A DNA stretch of 53,204 nucleotides, the filler included, from Porpidia crustulata (Eukaryota), in the NCBI GenBank assembly GCA_964255105.1. It is 4 parts of 4 records of this genome, joined end to end, with 100 filler letters (N's around TTAATTAATTAA, not from the genome) between each part and the next. Parts side by side here need not be neighbours in the genome. Positions count along the whole stretch, not along the records: positions 13,389 to 26,641 come from CAXUWE010000450.1; positions 26,742 to 39,939 come from CAXUWE010000451.1; 2 more parts are not named here. One strand, 5' to 3'. Both the position numbers and the translations under genes were made by a program. The stretch's first letter is position 1; each line of letters begins with the position of its first letter. A model generated the notes under the pieces. That model saw only the letters and a program-made list of their open reading frames with translations, was not told the origin of the DNA and did no database searches. Shown piece by piece: positions 23,102 to 36,238 of this stretch.

Positions 23102-24194
23102 CTACCTCCCAAATCTCATTTGAGCTTTCGCATAGCTGTGCAAGGCTCGGAGGAATACTTGGTACCCTACGCCGGTGTTATCTTGGACGTGAAAGATCTC
23201 CGTCAATCGGACCTGCCACGGCGGATAACCTTGTAGTCCTACGTCTGGTCCAAAGAGGATAAGCAGCTCGGGCCCACCCATTACGCTCTCTGTAATTTCG
23301 GCATCAATAAGATCTAGCGAAATGTCATTGGGTGATAGCTTGTTCCGTTGGGCCATTTCAGTGAGGGTTTTAGTAAGGTCGACAAGAGTAGAGCGACCAT
23401 CTTCAGCCGAGAGAAGCAAGACAGAGAGATGACCTTACGAAAGCATAAGTTTTGGGTTTTGATTAAGATATTTAATAGCGTCGCTCACCTGATGGGATGG
23501 AAGACGAATCCAACTTCTCAAAGCTCCCGCCATTCAAAAGAGTCGGCATATTAGGAGCTCTCAATTGAAGTGAAGGAACATGAGGACCGAAGTAAGCGTG
23601 GAGTTTGGAGGATATTGTGCGATGCATATTTGGAATATGCCCTTTCAAGATACCTGTCACACAACCTTAATCCAGGCTTGATTTTCTGATCAAGTGTATC
23701 AAATACCTACCAGTCCTCTCATATACACTGAGCATTTGTATTCCAACACAGGCACACCAAGCAGATATCTCTGCAACTTCATCCATCAACCCTTCCAGAC
23801 CTGCCGAGCCTCTCTCTTCGCTTTTGAGCTCCAAGATAACGCTCAGGTGATGAGGTAATCTACTCAACCCGCGAACGTCTTGCTTTATAAGTTCAGGTGC
23901 GCGATGGTGGTAGTACAAAATCGCAAAGACCCGGTCGATGAGCACATGAGCTGTTAGCCGTATCCTTATGTAGAGAGAGAATAAAGTGTGGATTATGGCG
24001 AAGACCAATATGTGTAATTGCAATCTGAGGAATAGCCGAATAGACCTTGATTTCCGAGCATCGGGTGACGTTGACGAGACCGGCGTTGACGGTAGATATG
24101 GCCTCAGAAGGTCTTCGCGCTGCTTAGGCGTCAAGAGGGCACCTTTTTTTCTTGCATCCTGACGGTATGCGTTGGTTTCCTTTGTCGCAACCAT
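23102..24194 (-). CDS. NUS1: Dehydrodolichyl diphosphate synthase complex subunit Nus1 (NgBR)
   Basis: Exons 24194-23711, 23653-23489 and 23433-23102. Motifs LPHHLSVIL, LSVYERTGILK, LLSAEDGR, LQGYPPWQVRLTEI and the C-terminal RxG motif (RFGR-stop). Confidence 0.93.
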
Positions 24195-24627
24195 GGCCGA
24201 TGAGCCGATGAATTTGACGAAGAAGTATTGGTATGAGAGTCTGGTGAGATGCTTGCTTTCTGCTGACCGTGGCAGGCGGCCCTTGGCTCTTAGCTTTATA
24301 ATAAGCTCATGGTACAGTACACTCGCAAAAGTAGCCCTCTACGATCTCCTGAATTTCTTTACTTGAAGCCAGGCAAATCTCCCAACGGAAAATATGGGTT
24401 CAAGAGTATCAATCCCTGTATAAATTACCTTGTAATATTTATCTAATACTAAAAATGTTGGCGGCAAACGAAGGCGCGCAGGCGCGTCAGCACAAAGTCC
24501 GACCTAAGTCCGACTATTACTTGCACAGTGGTTATGGGCGGCAGGATCCAGTAGTCCGGCTCTGGACGAACTAAACCCAGGCAAATAGGTCGCAGACCCT
24601 AGAGCTCAATATTAAAGATACAACGTC

Positions 24628-26641
24628 ATGCCTGGCGCTCTGAGTACAACCTCCTCGTCCTCACAGCAGACTTCTGGGTTTGTGAACAGATCAATATTTC
24701 CTCAAGCTCCACTTTTCAGCCTCGAGACCTTCTCTAGCCGAGACTTTATTGTCAAAGATTTTGTCGAGTCCCTTTCGGACAGCGCCATTCCTCCCAATCG
24801 AAGATCTGGCCCTCCAGGCCAGGCGCAGGCTTTTGATCCCAAACCCCTGATTCGAAGTTTCGAACATGCTTTGAGCCGCATTTCTGACCTTTCGGGAGAC
24901 CTTGAGCTGCGAGAAAACGAGCTTTCGGCAGCTGTACGAAGAGCGGAAGCTCAACATGCGTCGAATGTGCAAACGCTTCGTCGAAAGCTCGATCAAACGA
25001 TAGACTCTTTTCAGCACCTCGATACTTCGCTCAATGGTGAGGATGCTGCTGAGGGTAATACCGTGGTAAAGATTGGAGAAAAGCTTGAAGAGCTTGATCA
25101 GCAGAGGATACGGGCGCAAGATACAAAATTTCTTATACAATGTTGGATGGAGGTCAGTGAGCGAGGAGCGCTCTTACTTCTTGAAGATATTCGAAGGCAG
25201 GGTGGTGGAGACGGCAAGGTTCGCTGTGCGCATATCGCAAGGCAGTTGACCAAGATTAGCCAAAGGCTTGATCCGGAAAGTTGGAGTAATGTCAATGGCC
25301 ACACATCAGCCATAAACGGCACCAACGGAAACTCAGGCCCAGATCGTGGCCAAAAGAAGCTGCGCTACAATACCCGGGAGTTGATTGAGAAATTCTCCGA
25401 GACATTGGAGAAGGATCTTCTGAAGTCATTCGATGACTTTTATAGACGTGAAAACTTCGAAGGCATGCGGGAATGTGCAAATGTACTCTACGATTTCAAT
25501 GGTGGTGCCAGCGTCATTGGCGCCTTCGTTAATCAGCATCAATTCTTCATCGACCGAAGTCAACTCGTCACGGAGGAGGTTGGCGGGGAAGCTGAGATGT
25601 GGGAGCGTTTGGCAGATCCAGACGCCGAACCTCCTGGTGTCGAGCCTAGTCTGCAGTCACTGATAGATGAAGTCAGAGTCGTGGTGCAGGAAGAATCTAT
25701 CATCATCAAGCGTGCATTTCCGTATTACGAGCAAGTGCTGGGGAAGTTTTTGCAAAGACTTTTTCAACAATCTATCCAGCAGAGACTAGAGATGGTACTT
25801 GAAAAGGCCAATACGATTTCTTCTCTTGCGTTTCTGAGGTCATTACAAGCAGCTCGAAGCTGTATAAGTGCCTTGATAGACGATTTGAAAACACATGGCC
25901 TTACCGAGCATCCCGAAGTTGCGTCTTCACAGACGACTCTAATTCTTGATCAGCAGTTTGATGATCTTTTTGTACCATACTTTGTTGGAACATCATACAT
26001 AGAACGAGAGAAGAGGAACCTGGAGGAGTTGTATTCGTCTCTGCTGTTCAAATATACGATATTCCATGTATTTTCTACCAAAAATCCATTTGACGGAAAT
26101 GCACTGACGAAAGTAGTCTCGGAGACGGAAAATACCTACCACCTTTATGAAGTCTCTTGCGAAATCAGGCAGCGAATTACTTGCTTCAGCTCGAGATGCC
26201 TACGTTGAACGTCTTGACTCCTCAGATCTTGCTCCTGCCCAGAAAGCCATGCTTCTTCGAGTAGCGGGTCTCAAAGATTCGGAAAACGCTAAGACACAGA
26301 CAGAGATAGAAGTGAGCGAAGAAGATGGTGTCTTGGACACAAATAACGCTAAAAGAATGCTCAAGTGGCTCGCCGAAGCGGTAGGCAGAGGTCTGGAGCT
26401 CAGCGGTGGCAACGATACCGCTCGAGACGTCGCAGCTCTCAACAACCTCCTCCTCACCAACATGGCAGAAATCTACCTCGAAACCGCTCTAGATGCGTAG
26501 GTCATTCCCAAAGCCAACGTCCCAGCCCACTAACATTCTTCCCTCAGCGCCACCGACCAAGCCGCCGCCCAAGAAAGCTCCAAGTCCGAACCTGACCTCA
26601 ACTACCTCAGCTCCCTGCGCCCAGCCTTCATAATCATGCAC
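24628..26641 (+). CDS. SEC10: Exocyst complex component Sec10, 3' truncated at the contig end
   Basis: Exons 24628-26067, 26117-26496 and 26548-26641 (open to the linker). Motifs FDPKPLIRSFE, IEKFSETLEKDLL..FD and LYDFNGGASVIGAFVNQHQFFI match fungal Sec10. Confidence 0.9.
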
Positions 26642-26741
26642 NNNNNNNNNNNNNNNNNNNNNNNNNNNNNNNNNNNNNNNNNNNNTTAATTAATTAANNN
26701 NNNNNNNNNNNNNNNNNNNNNNNNNNNNNNNNNNNNNNNNN
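26642..26741. other. Artificial contig linker N44-TTAATTAATTAA-N44
   Basis: Identical 100-nt six-frame-stop spacer. Confidence 0.98.
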
Positions 26742-26893
26742 GTTGCGGGGTTTGTAGGTAGATAGTTTGGGGGTTCGGTGCTTGGGTCGTCCAAGGAAAA
26801 AACCGGTCTTCCCATGTGTCCTGGCAATGTATACTCTCTCTTGTAAAGGGGTCCAGTGGCTCTTTCTCCTCCCAGAAAACCAGGAATCAGCCA

Positions 26894-28681
26894 TCACCTT
26901 TTGATACCCACGACTACCAGATTACGTGGGCTTTGCTCGTATTCAAAAACTGCTTCCACCCAGCAATCTTTAATCTCTTCCTGTTCTCTGAGGTAGAGCC
27001 ATCTATCAACGACGATCGTCGATTCTACCACGCTAGTACTGAACGCCATCAAGCTCCACACTATGCTGAGCTCTTTCTTCCTTTCCTTATATATCTCCTC
27101 ATAGCCCGCAATTGTATCGTCTGTGAGACTAGCCATACATTCGGCAATTTTACGCCCTAGGATTTTATCGTTGCTTAATTTTGAGATTGCGCCATGAACA
27201 TACGCCGTGAATGAAGTGTAACAAGCTTTCCGTAATGAGCCAACTATTATTGGGTGGTTTGATCCGTTCCACTCTTGGCCGTTTCCACAGTCAGGCAGAC
27301 CTGTGGTCTGCGGCGACTTGCCCAATACACCATGATCCACAAATATTCGTTGAAGCAAAGCTCGGTAAAAATGTCTAGTGAAAAACGACGCACTCTCATC
27401 TTCGGTCCAATTTTGGGGCGCCTGCACGGCCATCATTCGAGCGGTGATGTTAAACCCGATGCCTTGGCCATGTGCGTGCTCGTACAAAGCAAGACGTTTA
27501 GACATGGGAAAGCCATGAGGATCGCCCATGCAAGATGTCCGATCAAGACGAGAGTTTTGGAAGCGAAGATTAGGGAGCTTGTGAGTAGGTGGCCCAAGTC
27601 GCTCTGTCATCAGATTGTAGCAACATCCAACCATGGCGACGACTTTCACATCTGGGTTGAGCACAATTGAGCGCAATCCATGATGTATAAGGTTTCCACA
27701 AGAGTGTAAGGAGATGACCATCAGCCGTGGGCGTGATGGAAAGTTACAGGGGTTGGGCTTAATTTCCTCTATAATTTTCGAAAGGTTACCATCCTGAATG
27801 ATAGACTCAATATATTGGATTTTCCCGCGCGTTTCAATTGCTTCCTCAACTCTTATTGATTCAGATTGTGGCGGGACGTCTGAAGCTTCCGAAAGCGAGC
27901 TGTTATAGTCTGGGAATATCTTCTGTACTACCTCTTCCGCTGTCCTAGTCCGGTATTGTTTTTTATCCCGCATGAAGATTTCCTTCTTCGCCAGCTTTGC
28001 TCTCACATCCATGCTCATGGCTCCATTGATGTTAAGCTGCTTACTTTCTATAGCGATAATATTTTTTTTATATGGTGGACTAGCTAAAGCTCGACCGAGA
28101 TAGTTTTGACCTGATCCAAAGTCAACAATATGGGTAACATTGTCAGAGCTAGTAAGTGCAATGTTGGACGTTAGATCATCAATATACCTAGCAAAGTTCT
28201 CTACCTCATGAATCTTCTTAGGTTTCATACCACTGCTTACATGGTGTGAAAGTTTTGAAGCTTTACGGACAATTAGTCTGGTGACAGGATTTTGGAATTT
28301 TCTATTCAGCGAAAGACTCCGGATTGCCTTGATATATTGCAGTAGCGTTGATGGTGGAGCTGGGCCGTTTCGCCAGCAAGCCTTACCGTTGAAGGCCATA
28401 GATTCTCTAGAAATTATGGTGGATTCGAAACAGCGAAGATCTTCTTTCATCAACAAGTCAAGAATGTCCGACATGTCATGCTCCTGAAACCAACTTCTCC
28501 ATGCTGATGGGAGTAGATTGGTATAAAGATCTGGGTCTTGAATGAAGAAGTCTAGAATATGTACGCCTCCACAGAGCTTTTGAAAGAGCTCCGAGGTCGA
28601 AACGAAGGATAGTAGTGATTGGACGTAGTTTTCGACATCAGTATACTCGGGAGGAAGAGGAAGTGAGCTTGCTCTCGCCAT
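26894..28681 (-). CDS. METTL25/RRNAD1-like class I SAM-dependent methyltransferase (Methyltransf_32-type)
   Basis: Intronless, ~595 aa from ATG 28681. Motifs GMKPKKIHEV, IVDFGSGQNYLGRAL (motif I), LHSCGNL, VGCCYNL, GFPMS and C-terminal SPRNLVVVGIK. Confidence 0.82.
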   Translation of the reverse strand: MARASSLPLPPEYTDVENYVQSLLSFVSTSELFQKLCGGVHILDFFIQDPDLYTNLLPSAWRSWFQEHDMSDILDLLMKEDLRCFESTIISRESMAFNGKACWRNGPAPPSTLLQYIKAIRSLSLNRKFQNPVTRLIVRKASKLSHHVSSGMKPKKIHEVENFARYIDDLTSNIALTSSDNVTHIVDFGSGQNYLGRALASPPYKKNIIAIESKQLNINGAMSMDVRAKLAKKEIFMRDKKQYRTRTAEEVVQKIFPDYNSSLSEASDVPPQSESIRVEEAIETRGKIQYIESIIQDGNLSKIIEEIKPNPCNFPSRPRLMVISLHSCGNLIHHGLRSIVLNPDVKVVAMVGCCYNLMTERLGPPTHKLPNLRFQNSRLDRTSCMGDPHGFPMSKRLALYEHAHGQGIGFNITARMMAVQAPQNWTEDESASFFTRHFYRALLQRIFVDHGVLGKSPQTTGLPDCGNGQEWNGSNHPIIVGSLRKACYTSFTAYVHGAISKLSNDKILGRKIAECMASLTDDTIAGYEEIYKERKKELSIVWSLMAFSTSVVESTIVVDRWLYLREQEEIKDCWVEAVFEYEQSPRNLVVVGIKR

Positions 28682-28945
28682 GATAGCAATCACTACATAT
28701 CAAAAAGACGCTTGCACGATGCGCCTGACTCTGACGTCTGTTTATACAGTAGATCTATTCCCCGTTCTTATTATCGCTCGTGCTTTTGACTCAAAAAGTG
28801 ACGATGAAGGGCCGAAGGATGATGGATTGCTACGGCCGCCTATTCAATCCAATAACGCAAATCTCAAATGTCGAGGTAGCTCCTGGTTCAGTAGTCTACA
28901 ACGATATCATGAGGTACATAATTTCGGGAGTCTGAGAGCCTTACC

Positions 28946-29785
28946 ATGGCTTCGGCTATTAATCCAGATGACCCTTTTACAGAAGCGCAAAAGTAAGCTC
29001 AAGCTCCATATCTTTTGATAAAAGCTAAAGCGGTACATCAGCGACATCCTAGCCACCCTCGATACAACCCGCTCTTTATTCTCTTCATACCATCGCATAC
29101 GTTCCCTTGCTTCATCCGCATCTTCTCCAGAATTAACTCAAGCTCGCACAGAGCTTGAAACCTCGCTTCATGACCTCAATTCCGAGCTTCAAGACTTAGT
29201 TGACAGTGTCCGAGTCATCGAAGGCGATCCTTTCCGCTATGGACTCGATATTGACGAAGTTGAGCGCCGGCGGAAGTTCGTCGGGGAGGTTGGAAGGGAA
29301 GTCGAGGGGATGAGGCTTGACCTTGCAAAGACTACAGCGGTTCCGCTCACGAATCAGACACTACCTCCACCTGAAGCCTTCGATCCAGGCTCCCCTGAAG
29401 ATGCAGATGACTATGGGGCTTTCGAGCAGCAAAGACAGGTCGAAATAATGCACGAACAGGATGAAGCGCTAGACGATGTTTTCCAGACTGTGGGGAATCT
29501 AAGGCAGCAGGCGGACGATATGGGGAGGGAATTGGGGGAGCAGGAGGAGATGCTTGAAGATACGAGCAATATTGCTACTAGGGTTGAGGGCAAGCTACAG
29601 ACGGGGATGAAGAGAATAGGCTGGGTCATCAAGAAAAATGAAGGTGTGTCTATGAAGCAGTGGCCTTACTCGGCAACTGGTGTGAGATGCTGGCTAATTC
29701 TTCGACAGACACTATGTCAAGTTGTTGTATTGGCATACTGATCCTGGTTTTGATTCTTCTGCTTATCCTCGTCATTGCGCTCTGA
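28946..29785 (+). CDS. TLG1: Qc-SNARE Tlg1 / syntaxin-6 family
   Basis: Exons 28946-28992, 29042-29643 and 29709-29785. N-terminal DDPF, Habc motif DPFRYGLDIDEVERRR, SNARE motif EQDEALDDVFQTVGNLRQQADDMGRELGEQ, and a C-terminal CC followed by a TM anchor. Confidence 0.88.
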
Positions 29786-30957
29786 CGGCGTGAATCTGAC
29801 TGGACCTCATTGTCTACCGGCTCATCGACCTTTGACTCGGCCTTCCTATGTACCAAACATTCCGACCGCTACTCGACCACAAGCCTTTGTGTTGCCCGAC
29901 TTCAGAAATTAATCTGACTGGCGAGAAAACTACAAACAAAGATCTTTCAGCCTATCGAAATGGTCGTGGCTCGAACCTCTGATTATGTGGGGCTTAACAT
30001 TGAAGATAGCAGCTATAAGCCGCCATCAATGGTGCCGCCACCTGACGAGATCAGAAACTTGCTATGTCTTATCATACCGTGAAAGCTTTTTGCAAGCCTT
30101 GAATTCCAGAGATGAGATGTGAAATGAGTGGATCACGCTGTATACCACCATCGACATGAGCGTTTTCTGGTTTCCTCAAACGTTGGAACCAATCATACAT
30201 GGAATGCGCGTCTAAGTAGATTCATGATCTACTAGATCGTAAGCTGTTGGATCCGCTCAAGAGCTGCCAAGTCTTCGAGACTCTGAGCATCTAAGACATT
30301 GGAGACATCTTCAACTGATAATTCCCGAAAAGTCTCGTTGTTACGTAGAACATTGGCTCGCGTGCGATGAAGTTGGACGAGTCCAATTCTTGCGTTGTCT
30401 GGGTCTCAGCACTGAGGAACTCTCCCTGAGGGTCTCAATCCACAGTTTGCCCTTTGAGGTCAACGGGAATGAGAGAAGACGTTGGCTTCGATGTCATTCA
30501 AAAGCGCCAGTCTTAGCTGCTGCATAGACATCATCAGCGCAACGAAATATCTAGAAATTTACTATTAGTGATTACGTGGGATTCACATGCATAGGAGACT
30601 GATTCAGGAAATCGGAGCGTATCCGAAAAGCCGCGAGCGTACTTTGGACCGTTGAGACCTCTCGCCTCTGATTGGCTCATAATTTTAAGCCGACGAGCCG
30701 AGCAAACACTCTATTCTTAACGCCGGCTTCACTAGAATCCCCTTTGAACACATTTTCTCTTTGTATAGACACCTCTCGTTACATACTTCTGAGTCTTTTG
30801 GTGGTATTGGGGCATTTCTCTTTCTGTCGTTCCTTCAATCGTCGTAGAACGCCATAACCTAGCTTCACAACAATAACGGACTTTCTCCCTACAGAACAAT
30901 CAACCTGCGCTGCTTACAGTGATACAACCATTGGCTACTTGCGCCTGGAAGCACATT

Positions 30958-32204
30958 ATGTCGTCTGATACACTAAAGTCCATTCCTTTCCCCGTACCGA
31001 CCCTCGATAAACCCTTTGGAATCGAGCTATGGCCAATATTCGACAAGCTATTCTCGGCAGTGAAGGGCTACTCTCCACAGGACTTTAACTTCGTCCCAGG
31101 AGAAACTCCCATGTCAACACTGCAGGCGACCGCCGCAATGCTGATAACATACTACATCACGGTCTTCGCGGGTCGAGAATTCATGAAGAATAGACCCCCC
31201 TTTAAACTCAACGGACTCTTCATGATACATAATCTTTACCTGACACTGATCAGTGGGGGGCTTTTGGCTCTATTTGTGGAGCAGTTATTGCCAACACTGT
31301 GGCGGAAAGGGACATTCTTTGCCATTTGTAACCATGCAGGAGGTTGGACGAGACCATTGGTGACGCTCTATTATGTATATATATAAGCGAGAATCCAGTC
31401 TTTAGATTGAGCTGATTGTGTGCAGCTGAACTACCTAACCAAATACGTCGAACTCCTGGATACTGTTTTCCTAGTTCTGAAGAAAAAGCCCTTGAGTAAT
31501 AGCAGGAACACACTGTACTCACAAATATCAACTGACATGGTTTAGCATTTTTACACACTTATCACCACGGAGCAACTGCAGCGCTTTGCTATTCTCAGCT
31601 TATCGGTATCACCTCCGTATCATGGGTTCCTATAACGCTCAATCTTACGGTTCATGTAATAATGTACTGGTACTATTTCCAGAGCGCAAGAGGGATCCGG
31701 ATCTGGTGGAAAGAATGGATTACAAGATTCCAGATTGCTCAGTTTGTGTTGGATCTCGGTGAGTTGCCATGGATGCAAGAAGCTGCAACGACATCGCTTA
31801 TGTACAAATTAGGGTTTGTCTACTTTGCTTCCTACACTTATTTTACCTCAACCTACTTCCCAAACATGCCTGGCTATGGTAGATGCGCCGGAGAGGAATT
31901 TGCTGCCTTTGCAGGGATGGGCATTTTGACCTCCTATCTACTCCTCTTTATCTCATTCTACGCAGCAACCTATAAGAAGTCTGGGCGAAAGGGCAGGCAG
32001 CGCAGCAATACTGCAAAGAAGGCTGCCATAGATATGAGCAAGATGGAGGTGCCGGATGTGGAGACGACTAAAGAAGTTATAAGCCACACTCATGGTTCCG
32101 CTAAACAGACTGTCACATCCAACGGATCAGGCATGTCTAATGGAAGTGCTAACGGCTCCTTGAAAAGCCCTAGTGGCCGAGCTACGAGATCCAGGAAAGG
32201 TTGA
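30958..32204 (+). CDS. GNS1/SUR4-family very-long-chain fatty acid elongase (Elo2/Elo3-like)
   Basis: Exons 30958-31374, 31426-31495, 31546-31758 and 31813-32204. Motifs [29 protein letters not shown] (HxxHH), HVIMYWYY and [10 protein letters not shown]. Confidence 0.93.
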
Positions 32205-34592
32205 GTATCAACACATAGATGCTCGCAGGATCCAGGTCCTAACCCATCGAGGACCAGCTTGAGCAAACTCGAGCTCGCGCGTATGCTTGAGGAAGTCTGA
32301 AGAAGTTTAATTACAAGCAGGTTGCGGGTATACGCAACTCAAATATGTAGCCCATACTATGGGCTTCGGGTCGCACATAACATTCTTTTCTTCTTGTACA
32401 TTAGGCTTTGGTCCGACATACGGCGTATCAGTGGAACTTCTTTACCATTTTGTAATGCTGGGTTCGGCTGTGCGCTTAAATGCGTGGAAAGTCCAGATGT
32501 GGGTTTGTACTTGTACAGCGAACAGATCTGTGAAGATGACGTACATCACAAAGAGGGAACAAGTATAGTGGGATCAGGTAGCAAAGCAATGAGTTCTGCA
32601 AACATGATCAGATTCGATACGATGATTCTGTTCCTATCGCATCAATCAAGAATGGCGAGCATTGTGCACAAGCTCATCCGGATCTCCCGCAAAGCTCCGA
32701 TGAGGCTCGATAGCCGTTAGAACTGAGTTTTTTTACTTTATTATCCGACCGGATCACTGAAAGCGCAGGATGTTATGGCGAGCATGGCCGGAAAATCAGA
32801 CTTTTGCTACTTCTCACCCGCTCTACCATTTGAAATCTTGACACAGACAGCAGACAGCAGAAGCACGGCACGTGAATATATTGAAATTGAGGCCCCGTAT
32901 TGACCATTAAGTGCTGCCTTATCACCTCCTTGCTTGCAGAATGCACCACCACCGGTTCCGCAAGCGTAGATATTTCATGGGATGCAACCCCCAACGCTAA
33001 CGACGCAGCGAACATTTCGTCTGTTGCAAGCTGCTTCTCACCGCCAGAGACCAGACAGCGGGCAAGTACGAGCGAAATTCGATCATTTCCCCTCATTTGA
33101 TTTGTTTCCCGCGGGGGGGCAATAAACAAAATTTCATCTCGCCCTAATGCACCCCATCATGCATCCTACTTGTCACGGAAGTTTAGCCACGCTGTTGCTG
33201 ACTCGCCCGTACTGGACGGCGAACCAGCGATTAACCCGACAATCTATTGAGAAGCGCTCAAAGGGACTAGCAAAGATTTCCCCTTCCTTCCTGCGTTGTC
33301 GCAAGAGGAAAGAATATGACGATGGGCGGACTGACGGCAGCGAGTAGCTTCATTTTCATAGTAGGTTTCGCTTGAGTGTTCGATGGAAAAATGAAGGCGG
33401 GATAATCCAGCCGATGTTGAAGCACGTTGACCGTCTTAATCCCGATGACTTCCTGGCCCCCATGAACTACGAGAACTGGAAAGATGCCGTGGTCTGGATG
33501 ATGGATTGAGGTGCCTGAAACATGGCACAGGTGGCAGGTGCGAGCTGCGTCGTTTCAGGCTTTCGCAGTGTGTACCTTATTTGACCTGGGTGCGTCGATC
33601 GTGTGCCACACCTTTGTTTTTGTGGGAGGCTGGGAGGGCGGACTACCTTCGTTAGGGACCGATCACCAGAAGGAGCATAACTGTCTACCTGCTACATTAG
33701 GCTCCGGATACCTGGCTCACACCCATAGTCAACGCCATTGATGAGGGGTATAGAGTGTCTTGACACGCTTGGAGCATTCCTACTTTACTATGCGATCATG
33801 CATGAATCTTCTCAAAGATACAGAGATTTTACTTGGTACATGCGACGCTGACTCGTCATCCTCTACCAACTCAACGGCCCGAATCATAATCAGATGCAGT
33901 TTACACCTATCATGGTGAACCGCGATGGCGGTCGGATAATTTCGAGAGGGTGGGCTTGCGGTACGGCATGCGCAGCAATTGATGTTGCAGTGGGGATGAT
34001 GAGAGGATGGGATTGTTAAGGGCAGCTGGGCAGCTATGCCGCTTCGAGTTAAGCAGCGGTTGGCAGTGCTTGCATCGTGTCAACTCGTGTGGTGCTCTTA
34101 AATCCGAAATCAGCCAATGGCATGTCTGAAACCTACACACCCACATCGGTCGACTCGTCCCAGTCCAACATGATCCGAATGGGCTACATGGAATTCGTAC
34201 CATCTCGCGGGCCATGACCCTCAGCACTCCAGATGCCGCCCCCGATCTCGAGCTAGTGCAATAATGCTGATGATAAGCCGGAATTATGCTACGGTACAAT
34301 AGCATTGCGCCGCAGGCAGCTGGGAGATATAGCCCCGTTTATGCCCCAATGCTTGCTGATGATTCTCTGCGGACCACCTATCCTCCATTTATCCTCCGCT
34401 GATTTATTGCACTATATCTTTAAACTGATTCATTACTACAGCGTTGAATGATTTCAACGCTCGTTGATGTCTCATACCTCATACTAAGCTGAATAACTAC
34501 CTACCCACAACCCAAGTCTTCATCGACATCCAGGCCCTCCACTTTCCGTTAAGGAAGATACTTATTCCTCGCATCTCACTGAGGAAGCTGCA

Positions 34593-35606
34593 ATGCCAGT
34601 CCTTGAACGTCGTCAGCAAACGCTGCTTGCCAGACATGATGGTAGCCTCAGAGATAACTCCGATGGTGTCGAAACAGAGCATCTATGGGTCGTGGAAGAA
34701 GACTACGAGCACACAGAGGAAGGGATGGAGCTCCCCAAAGCGAAGCTAAACAGACAACCTCCCAGGCAAAAGACGAGAAACACTTTACGGATCAACACAT
34801 ACCCGAAGGCGGAGCTTCACGAGCGCTACCTCTCAAGCGAAGAAGAGCCCTCCCCAAGCCCGAGTGAAAACGTTGAGAACCATGATGTGAGGGAGAAGCA
34901 TGAGTCTGCCACAACAAGCGCCGATGAATCCATTGACATTTCCAAAATCACCGAATCAAAGGCCGAAATTGCTATTGCCGTCCCCATCATGGTAATCGGC
35001 CGCCCAAAACTGATCGACATCACCAACTTGGCACCAATGCAGAAGCGAAAGCGAGCGAGCCAGCCATTGACGCCCCAGTCCATCAGCAAGAAAGTGGCTT
35101 CGAGAGTCTCCCGTACCGATGTCGAAAACTTACCGTCCCTCATTAGGGATCCAGCGGAGGCACATGTCCCAGGACGAAAAGCAGTTGCTCCAAAGCGAAA
35201 AGATAGCCTGCCCCCCATGGAGGCGCCAGAGTCATGGCTTCCGGAAGAGGAGCCGGAACAGGTTGGAGGCAAAGAACTTTACTTTCCGCTCGACGTTCGC
35301 CGTACTCCTGCGTACCGCGATTACGATCCGTACTCGCTCGAGCCACCGCGCCTGTCGAGAACGAATTCTCCCACATCCACCAAAGACACCGTCCGCGAAC
35401 GGGTAAACTCAAGTCCGCCAGTCACTGTCGGTAGCGTGGGATGGAAGGGTCTTGGGCGCTCACTCAGCTTGGCAAAACGACAAAGTACACTACAGCAGCG
35501 CCAGGTGGTGAAAAAGCCGAAAATGGTCGCTCGGGGCGCAACCGAGAGGGAAGAGATGCCAATAATCCCACCGTTTCCTTTTGAGGGAGGAATTGTCGTG
35601 GGTTAG
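34593..35606 (+). CDS. Hypothetical Pro/Ser/charged low-complexity protein (337 aa)
   Basis: Long intronless ATG-initiated ORF with coding-like composition and short motif-like blocks (ERYLSSEEEPSP, GRPKLIDI, KPKMVARGATERE..IIPPFP). No recognised domain. Confidence 0.65.
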   Translation: MPVLERRQQTLLARHDGSLRDNSDGVETEHLWVVEEDYEHTEEGMELPKAKLNRQPPRQKTRNTLRINTYPKAELHERYLSSEEEPSPSPSENVENHDVREKHESATTSADESIDISKITESKAEIAIAVPIMVIGRPKLIDITNLAPMQKRKRASQPLTPQSISKKVASRVSRTDVENLPSLIRDPAEAHVPGRKAVAPKRKDSLPPMEAPESWLPEEEPEQVGGKELYFPLDVRRTPAYRDYDPYSLEPPRLSRTNSPTSTKDTVRERVNSSPPVTVGSVGWKGLGRSLSLAKRQSTLQQRQVVKKPKMVARGATEREEMPIIPPFPFEGGIVVG

Positions 35607-36238
35607 TGTGGGCGGATTGTCGCGTAAAGAGAAATTACCTTGTTGCTGTGGGCGTCGGATCACGAATTGGGTCGGTGTTACAGGATGGGATTTGGTCTAT
35701 TGACCTTAAACGTTCACTAGATACCATTGATTTACATACGCTCTTTAGCAGGTTAATTCTTAGTGTTTCATTAGGGAACCGTCTCCCGAATACAAAGAGA
35801 TAAGTTGACAGTCACGATGCTGCAAGGGAGTTTACAAACCGCACTAGCCTGATTCGGGCATTTTATTAGCGAACTTGAAAACTTCATCGCATTGACCCTT
35901 TGGAATATCTCAACCTGCAGAAGCTTTCCACTTTTCTCCTCACTTGAGTCCATTCCCTGTTCACGCTTGCTTCTCTTTCACCGGTCAGCAGCTGTGGGGA
36001 CTCCGAGCAGCTCAAGATCTAGAAGTGGCCCAAGCCCTTTCGCAAAGTCCATCACTGTGACTGCTTTCCCAAGTATATTTTTCTTGGGATTAATTTTCGT
36101 TGCATATGGCTTTTGGACTAGTACATTGGTCAAACGTCTAGCAGTTGGTTTATTCTCCTTGAGTTCCTGCATACAAGCTCACCGCTTCTTCCGAACCCCA
36201 ATCGTCGGTCACTTCGGAATTTCTAGACCTTACGCCCT

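Noticed and set aside
24474..24515. Short direct repeats (GGCGCG x2, AAGTCCGAC x2) in the NUS1/SEC10 divergent promoter
   Set aside because: Too short to assign to a factor without conservation data.
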